Source of the DNA: Candidatus Melainabacteria bacterium 17Bon1m
GTDB taxonomy: Bacteria > Cyanobacteriota > Vampirovibrionia > Obscuribacterales > Obscuribacteraceae
NCBI GenBank assembly: GCA_032128875.1
Contig: JAVLKG010000002.1
Span: 448,001 to 512,000, forward strand
Reading direction: 5' to 3'
Length of the DNA: 64,000 nt
Positions 57,908-64,000 of the stretch are shown here, one piece after another (positions within the stretch are counted from its first letter, which is position 1; the number at the start of each line of letters is the position of its first letter). The translations under genes were made by a program, and so were the position numbers. The notes under the pieces were generated by a model. It searched no databases and was not told the DNA's origin. It saw nothing but the letters and a program-made list of their open reading frames with translations.

Positions 57908-58333
57908 CTATTTAAAAGCCGGCTCGATTCCATTGGCTGTGAGCCACTTTTCTATTCTGTTCAACATGATCTTCTCTCTAAACTGATCGAAGCGTTGCAG
58001 CTCTTCTGGATATTTTTCTAGGATCTTTCTGAACGCGCTGACTTTGTGCGGGCTTTCGAATGCAATAGGCAAAATGCTCTTCAAATCAGGCTTCTCGACT
58101 GTATTGAGGAATTCGTTTAGATCTTCGAGTAAATCTTCTTTGGAGAGTTTTGGCACGTAGAGAAAGCGCGTTGAGTTTCTCTCGATATCATCGGTAAGGT
58201 CTCTAAGTTCGATCAAGTTTCGGTTAACCATGCGGGTTTCGCCCTCGATCTTGTCGAGATAATAGGAATTGTCCTGTGAGTCGTCGAGCCACGCAAAGAT
58301 AATGTCTTTGGTAACTACTCTCAGTTTGTCCAA
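57908..58333 (-). CDS. UPF0158 family protein
   Basis: YYLDKIEGE, RFLYVP, AFRKIL..YP, WL..NGI; AAAGGAG SD before TTG 58333. Confidence 0.8.
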   Translation of the reverse strand: MDKLRVVTKDIIFAWLDDSQDNSYYLDKIEGETRMVNRNLIELRDLTDDIERNSTRFLYVPKLSKEDLLEDLNEFLNTVEKPDLKSILPIAFESPHKVSAFRKILEKYPEELQRFDQFREKIMLNRIEKWLTANGIEPAFK

Positions 58334-58346
58334 ACCAAAAACTCCT

Positions 58347-60809
58347 TTATTGACCTTTGTCAACCAAAAGCCAGATTCTATCACTGAAATTACCTACTGG
58401 TTTCCCTTCTGCATCGACTGCTGCAACTCTAATTCCGTAAATGCCAGTCTTTTCGAATTTGTCCAAGCCGAGTCTTACATTGCCCGACGTTCCACTCAAA
58501 TCCTGTTTGAAAGCGACTGCCTCTGGGATTTCACCGCCTTCTGTCTGAAGTCTAAATTGATTTTTGGGAGAAGAAAATAGTATTGCTTTAGTACCACCTG
58601 TGATGGCGGAAATGTCATAACTTAAATTGACTTCCCTTTGACTTTTGTCGATGTGGTACAAACCTAGCTCAGCACTGTCTGGATAGTTAAAACACAGATC
58701 AGCGAAGCGATTAGGTAAATGAGCATTTCCGCTTACTTCATGTATTGAGTCAATATTTTCTGCAAACTTGAGCTTCGCAAACAAGCTCTTGCCTGCTTCA
58801 GTTTCTGTTCCTTGTTTGACGATTCCCACCTCTTGCACCTCGACTGTAGCGCTCGAGGGAAAGCCTATCATCATCTGCGTAATGGGTCCGTTTGCTGCCC
58901 AGCCCGTCGAACGCAACGAAAGATAGTATCGGTGAAACTCATTGTCATTCATTTTTGCCCGGGCAATGGCGCGGCGATCTTCTTTCTCGTATTGACCAGT
59001 CTGCATCGTCATCCAGTGTAGTTCTACATTCGGATTGCTTGGCACAACCGGAGTGGTTATTCTCGCATCGACATAGAATGCGTCTCCATCTAATGGACTT
59101 AAAACCCGTGAAAATAGACTTATTCCAGGTTCATGCTCAGAGTTGCTTGTGATTTTGAGAATGTTTTGCTGTTCATCCAGGCTGACGGTTTTCCAAAACT
59201 GCAATGGAGGATTGAGCGCGCTGCCTAACTCTTTTGCATTTAAGACGAATGGCGGGTTGTTGGTTTTTGGGTCAACTTCTACTTGTACAAGCGAGCTGAA
59301 TGTTCCGTCCCAGCGGGTCGTGCTGCCGAGGAATTTACCAGCCGCCAGAGAATCCTTAAGCGGTCCACCTGACACGGTAGGAGCACGCAGAAGACCATTG
59401 AATGCATCCAGAACTACTGGACGGAATGGAGAAATAATTGGCATGAAAGCGAGGCTTCGAGGTAAGTCTTTAGCTAGGCAGTAAGCTGCTTTTTCTTTTG
59501 CACAGACAATTTTTGCGGACTTCTGAATCTTTTGCAGGAGCCTTGATGCACTCTTATAACTCTGGGTTTGGGCAAATGAGTGACGACACGACACTATGAT
59601 GAAAGTCAGACAAACAGCCACGGCCGGCGCGGCGGCCCACAATCGTTTTTCATTCAGCGCCGATGCCAGACCGAAGCATAGTATTGGAATCAAAAGTGCC
59701 ATGCCAGCTTGAGCGTGCGCTAAATAGCGATGTCCATAGAAATCATCGCCAACTACTGATTGATTGCCACCAATCATCAAACCAAAAAACACCCACGCGG
59801 CTGCTGTAAGAACTGCGACGCGATACTTTGGAAGTTTGAATAGACCATATGCTGAAAGCGCGGCCGCAAGCCCGAAAATAATATAGAGAATGACGTATTC
59901 CAGACTATATTTCTTCCAGAGAGTGCGGTTGATGGGAAACATCAACGTCAGCAACATGCTACGGATTCCGTCAGGAAACATTGCTAAAAGCGAACCAATC
60001 GGATCTGTGCCTCTAAAAATTTCGAGCGCCATAAGTGTGATCGACACGAGAAAAAGCGTGCCAAGAGTTGCGAAAAAGCGCTTTCTACCTATTGTCGCGG
60101 TGTCTTTCCATAGAGTTCGATATTGATCTCTAGCTTGTGTATCCAAAGCAAAATTGAGCAATTCGAACATCGCAACAATCTTTATCAAGTACCAGCTTTT
60201 GGTATATGCGAGATACGAACATACAAAAAATACGATGGCAAGAATGCTGTTCAGTTTTGCTTTGTTTTCACGACCCGCTTTTACGATCGGATGCGCAGAT
60301 AGATAGCAGTTGAACGAAAGCGCGAAAAAGAGAATAGAAAGTTCGATTCCTGAGGCGCCAATGAAGTTTACTAGTTCTGCGCTTAACGGATGGACTGCAA
60401 AAATGATTGCTGCAAAAGCAGAGATAAGAATAGAAACAATGTTAGAACGCCAAGTCCACGCTGTTAAACTGCCGGTATCTGTGAGTTTTCGCGCCACCAA
60501 ATATAGCGCCACGCTACAGCCTGCATGGATAATCATCGACGCAAGTTTTGCTAGTCCAGCCCCGGATTGAGACAAGAAGACACATGTGAGGCTCGCCAAC
60601 GGTCCAAAGGCATCTTGAGCGCTGGGACCGTTCCATGCAAAATAATTACCCCAGCCGCCTGCAGCAGAGCCGGCAATGAGAGCTTTTGTCCAAGCTGCAA
60701 TGAATTGTTCGTCAAGAAGGTACTGACTGCCTAGTGCAGGCATAAACGCTATCAGTGTAGCCAGGAATGACAACACCGCAATGCCGATACAGAGTGATTT
60801 TTCTTGCAT
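58347..60809 (-). CDS. GT-C-fold membrane glycosyltransferase-like protein (TMTC/PMT-like) with large extracytoplasmic C-terminus
   Basis: LLDE after TM1, FAVHPLSAELVNFI, HRY motif, many TM segments. Confidence 0.7.
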   Translation of the reverse strand: MQEKSLCIGIAVLSFLATLIAFMPALGSQYLLDEQFIAAWTKALIAGSAAGGWGNYFAWNGPSAQDAFGPLASLTCVFLSQSGAGLAKLASMIIHAGCSVALYLVARKLTDTGSLTAWTWRSNIVSILISAFAAIIFAVHPLSAELVNFIGASGIELSILFFALSFNCYLSAHPIVKAGRENKAKLNSILAIVFFVCSYLAYTKSWYLIKIVAMFELLNFALDTQARDQYRTLWKDTATIGRKRFFATLGTLFLVSITLMALEIFRGTDPIGSLLAMFPDGIRSMLLTLMFPINRTLWKKYSLEYVILYIIFGLAAALSAYGLFKLPKYRVAVLTAAAWVFFGLMIGGNQSVVGDDFYGHRYLAHAQAGMALLIPILCFGLASALNEKRLWAAAPAVAVCLTFIIVSCRHSFAQTQSYKSASRLLQKIQKSAKIVCAKEKAAYCLAKDLPRSLAFMPIISPFRPVVLDAFNGLLRAPTVSGGPLKDSLAAGKFLGSTTRWDGTFSSLVQVEVDPKTNNPPFVLNAKELGSALNPPLQFWKTVSLDEQQNILKITSNSEHEPGISLFSRVLSPLDGDAFYVDARITTPVVPSNPNVELHWMTMQTGQYEKEDRRAIARAKMNDNEFHRYYLSLRSTGWAANGPITQMMIGFPSSATVEVQEVGIVKQGTETEAGKSLFAKLKFAENIDSIHEVSGNAHLPNRFADLCFNYPDSAELGLYHIDKSQREVNLSYDISAITGGTKAILFSSPKNQFRLQTEGGEIPEAVAFKQDLSGTSGNVRLGLDKFEKTGIYGIRVAAVDAEGKPVGNFSDRIWLLVDKGQ

Positions 60810-60878
60810 TTTGCTGCTCAGTCTATCGCATCATTGATTTATAAGCTAATTGCTCTTTTATGCTGCATAATTTCTTTT

Positions 60879-62117
60879 ATGGGCGGAGAAGCAATACTGC
60901 ATATCCCTGAGGGTATTAATTTCGACTGCACCGGTTGTGGAAACTGTTGCTTTTCATGGCCTGTGCCTCTGACTGACGATGATTTGAAGCGCATTTGTTC
61001 CCTTGAAATACAAGGACATCACAAAGAGCCAGTTAATGTAATCAAAGCAGGAGTGGCTGGCGGTTCTGGACAGCGCGCGTTCACAAGTGCCCTGGGCAAG
61101 CGTGCAGATGGAAAGTGTCAGTATTTGTCGCCTGACAACCGCTGCGAGATTCATAATCAGTTTGGCGAGGAAGCCAAACCTTCAATGTGTCGCTTGTTTC
61201 CTTACACTTTTACGCCGACGCCTACTGGCGTCTGGGCTGCCGCCAGTTTCGCATCGACAGGTGTGCTTTATAACAGTGGACGTCCGCTCACTAGTCAGAA
61301 AGAGCACTTGATGAGAACTTACGAGTTGTTTCAATCGCTCTACCCAGATTTAGCACCGGATTGGACAAGCTTGCAGCTGGTCGACGGGCAGTCGCTCAGT
61401 TTTGATGAGTATCTCAAGGTTGAAACTGGTTTGCTCTCAGCACTATCTGAAAACAGCGCTGCTGCAATTTCTTCTTCTTCCGAATGGCGTACCGAAAAAA
61501 TCCTTTCTGGTTTAGCCAAACAAGCATCCACTCAAATCAAGCAAAAGCGTGATTTAGACAAGGTTCCCGGGCTAGAAACCAAGCCGCGTACCATTGACTC
61601 TCTTTTGGTAAGTTCATTGCTGAGTGCCTATTTCCCAGATGATGTTTATAGGGAAAACGCTTGTGAGATAGACACTGCGCAACTTGCTCGCAGTCTCGTT
61701 ATGCCACCAGCAAAGGTGCAACTTCAGTTCGATGGCAGACTTGTAAATTTCAGTGATTTGAACAATTACACTCTTGGTCGTCTCAATGAACAAGCAGAAA
61801 GCTTGCTCCGACGTTTTGCCTATTTGAAGGTCTTTTCAAAATTGTATTTTGGTCCTGGTTTTGCTGGTCTCAGTCTGATTGCAGGACTGAATCATCTTTC
61901 AGTGATCGTTTCACTGGTGCGTATCGTTATTAAATTACATAACTACACGAGCAATACAAAGGGCTCAGAGATTGCCTTTGAAGAAGTCGCGGAGTGTGTC
62001 CGGATGCTGGAAAGAAGGCTAACGGTAGCCAGCTATTCTCGAGAGACTAAGACGATGCTCGAGGTGCTTCTTTCCAGCTCTGAGAGAGCTGAACGTATAG
62101 CGATGCTTGCTTCTTAA
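60879..62117 (+). CDS. YkgJ-family cysteine cluster protein (FliB-like)
   Basis: CTGCGNCC, CQYL...CEIH...KPSMCRLFP. Confidence 0.85.
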   Translation: MGGEAILHIPEGINFDCTGCGNCCFSWPVPLTDDDLKRICSLEIQGHHKEPVNVIKAGVAGGSGQRAFTSALGKRADGKCQYLSPDNRCEIHNQFGEEAKPSMCRLFPYTFTPTPTGVWAAASFASTGVLYNSGRPLTSQKEHLMRTYELFQSLYPDLAPDWTSLQLVDGQSLSFDEYLKVETGLLSALSENSAAAISSSSEWRTEKILSGLAKQASTQIKQKRDLDKVPGLETKPRTIDSLLVSSLLSAYFPDDVYRENACEIDTAQLARSLVMPPAKVQLQFDGRLVNFSDLNNYTLGRLNEQAESLLRRFAYLKVFSKLYFGPGFAGLSLIAGLNHLSVIVSLVRIVIKLHNYTSNTKGSEIAFEEVAECVRMLERRLTVASYSRETKTMLEVLLSSSERAERIAMLAS

Positions 62118-62132
62118 AAGGAGAAAGAAGAA

Positions 62133-63404
62133 ATTACGCAGTCTGTTCTGGCGAAAGAGTTTTCACAAACGTTTCGGTCGCTTCGGTATCGAAACTATAG
62201 ACTCTACTTTGTCGGACAGTTGCTTTCGTTGTCTGGAACCTGGATGCAACAAGTTGCACTGAGTTGGCTTGTCTACAGGCTTACGCAGTCCGCATTCATG
62301 CTTGGGGTTGTTGAAAGCGCTGTGTTATTTCCCGTCATGCTTTTTGGCTTGTTGGGAGGATCTGTTGCAGACAAGCGAGACAGAAGAAGAGTGCTCATAA
62401 TCTGTCAACTTATTTCAATGTTGCAAGCATTGATGTTGGCACTTTTGACTTTCAACAACCAAATTCAAGTTTGGCATTGTGTTGCGCTGGCACTTCTTTT
62501 GGGCACTGTTAACGCTTTTGAAATACCAACTCGACAGTCTTTCTTACCGGAGCTTATCGACAGAAAAGATTTGGTCAACGCTATTAGTCTAAATTCGTCT
62601 ATCTTCAATGGCGCTCGCATTATTGGCCCGGCGATTGCCGGAATGGCGATACCGTTGGTCGGCGAGGCGTCGTGTTTTTTCCTCAATGCTGCAAGTTATA
62701 TGTGGACTCTTCTTGCATACTCGTTGATTTCAATTGATAACGCTCAGAAAGAAGAAAACGCAGACGAGAAGAAGCCCATTGCTGAAGGTATAGATTTCAT
62801 TCTGAATTCGCCAACCATTTTGCGCCTTATATTCCTGGGTGGCGTGATTAGTTTATGCGGCATGAATTACAACGTACTGATGCCTGTATTTGCATCCGAG
62901 ATTTTACATGGTGATGTGCGTACTCTGGCAATGCTGAGAGCCGGCGCAGGGCTTGGGGCCTTTTGTGCCGCTCTAATGCTTGCTAATCGCGGCAAAGGCG
63001 ACTTTCTCAAAGTCAATCTTGGTTTTGCGTCAATATTTTTCGGTCTGAGCCTACTCGCATTTTCTTGGTCGAAGCAGTATTGGATTTGCCAATCGGTGAT
63101 AGTGCTTGTTGGATTCTTTCTTACTTCCCAGCTGAGCGGAGGTCACTCGTTGATTCAACTTGCTGTCAAAGATGAGCTTAGAGGTCGGGTATTAAGCCTG
63201 TACTTGATTGTGATGATGGGATTTTCGCCGCTGGGTAGTTTGGTTATCGGCTGGTCCGCCCATCGTTTTGGCGCACCACCTGTAGTATCGGTGTGTGCCT
63301 CCATTTGCATTCTGGCAGGACTAATCTATACAGTATGGACGAGGAGCGACAAAGGAGTTTCATATTCACTAGCCGCTGAATCGTCAAAACAAGAGCAAGT
63401 GTGA
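62133..63404 (+). CDS. MFS transporter (MFS_3-like), probable non-canonical start
   Basis: FRSLRYRNYRLYFVGQ motif lies upstream of the first TTG; GSVADKRDRRR motif A; ELRGRV. Confidence 0.85.
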   Translation: MTQSVLAKEFSQTFRSLRYRNYRLYFVGQLLSLSGTWMQQVALSWLVYRLTQSAFMLGVVESAVLFPVMLFGLLGGSVADKRDRRRVLIICQLISMLQALMLALLTFNNQIQVWHCVALALLLGTVNAFEIPTRQSFLPELIDRKDLVNAISLNSSIFNGARIIGPAIAGMAIPLVGEASCFFLNAASYMWTLLAYSLISIDNAQKEENADEKKPIAEGIDFILNSPTILRLIFLGGVISLCGMNYNVLMPVFASEILHGDVRTLAMLRAGAGLGAFCAALMLANRGKGDFLKVNLGFASIFFGLSLLAFSWSKQYWICQSVIVLVGFFLTSQLSGGHSLIQLAVKDELRGRVLSLYLIVMMGFSPLGSLVIGWSAHRFGAPPVVSVCASICILAGLIYTVWTRSDKGVSYSLAAESSKQEQV

Positions 63405-63510
63405 GCAAGCTAAAGTAAGCGTGAAGGGTTGAAACGACCTTCAGCGGCGGTGGAACATTACATTAGTGTGGAATGATACTCTTAAGCATTAAGAGCAAAG
63501 ATGAGCTTAT

Positions 63511-64000
63511 ATGGCTGAAAACGGCGATGACAATGTAGTGAAAGCTTCCGGACATTCTGAGGCGGATGCTGAGTCCGGCTGGGATTACAGCGCTTCGTCC
63601 GGTCCGAAAGATGGGACGAACGGCGCTGAGATTGTTGGTGGTCAGCCTGGAAGCAAGGACGAGTCCGGATTTTCGCTCAGTAGCAAATTGCTGATTAGCA
63701 TTCTTGTCGTTAATACATTTGGAGTTGGTATATGGATAGGCTCACAGTTCATGTCTCGTGACGACATTGAGAGCCCTAGAAAACCGACCACCGGTCAAGT
63801 AGAAACACACGAAACCGAGCTGCCTGTAGCCATTCCCCATAAGAATATTATTCGAAATTTGGGCGAGTCCACTGTTGCCGACATAGCTGAGAAAGTGGCG
63901 CCCGCCGTGGTTGCCATTGAAGTCACTGGCAGAAATAGTGCAGAAAAGACGCTGGCGGCGGCTATAGACGCCCCCACTCCGCAGTTCTTCTTTGGTCCAC
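63511..64000 (+). CDS. HtrA/DegP-like serine protease, N-terminal part (runs off the window)
   Basis: Open frame from ATG 63511 with a TM helix, then VADIAEKVAPAVVAIEV and PQFFFGP, typical of the HtrA N-terminus; catalytic triad not visible. Confidence 0.75.
   Translation, partial: MAENGDDNVVKASGHSEADAESGWDYSASSGPKDGTNGAEIVGGQPGSKDESGFSLSSKLLISILVVNTFGVGIWIGSQFMSRDDIESPRKPTTGQVETHETELPVAIPHKNIIRNLGESTVADIAEKVAPAVVAIEVTGRNSAEKTLAAAIDAPTPQFFFGP

Noticed and set aside
60879..63404. Stop-codon readthrough fusing the YkgJ protein and the MFS transporter (same frame)
   Set aside because: The stop is TAA and a strong SD follows immediately, so re-initiation is simpler
1..64000. Numerous antisense and alternate-frame ORFs in the track (e.g. 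17868..18554, 27110..27856, 32604..33299, 39576..40289)
   Set aside because: They shadow well-supported genes on the opposite strand and have no recognisable motifs

Overview
A 64-kb stretch of core bacterial chromosome. No CRISPR array, rRNA, prophage or transposase is visible. It carries translation genes (rpsF-ssb-rpsR, tRNA-Leu(CAG), infC-rpmI-rplT, rpsO-pnp, rsfS), tatC, xerD, hup, an AsmA-like protein, lipid genes (fabI, long-chain acyl-CoA/ACP synthetase, lysophospholipase, DUF374 acyltransferase), a fixA-fixB-fixCX ETF operon, tdh-kbl, two GAF-containing signalling proteins and many lineage-specific TPR or secreted hypotheticals. Cyanobacteria-like GAF and ferredoxin sequences, an rpsF-ssb-rpsR gene order and no photosynthesis genes suggest non-photosynthetic Cyanobacteriota (Vampirovibrionia/Obscuribacterales); this is inference only. 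The most notable unexplained signals are: (1) xerD followed by a RacA/MerR-like HTH-Zn-ribbon-disordered protein, preceded by an array of CACC-N6-GGTG palindromes and a perfect 24-bp palindrome; (2) a tandem pair of M50-TPR paralogues behind tatC, one intact and one catalytically dead; (3) a diverged, broken second copy of the infC 3' end between infC and rpmI; (4) a candidate structured sRNA with anti-Shine-Dalgarno loops divergent from a REC-GAF-LuxR gene, plus two Sm/Hfq-like domains elsewhere in the window; (5) an MFS gene that apparently must start at ATT or CTG. All family calls are by-eye motif recognition; no searches were run.
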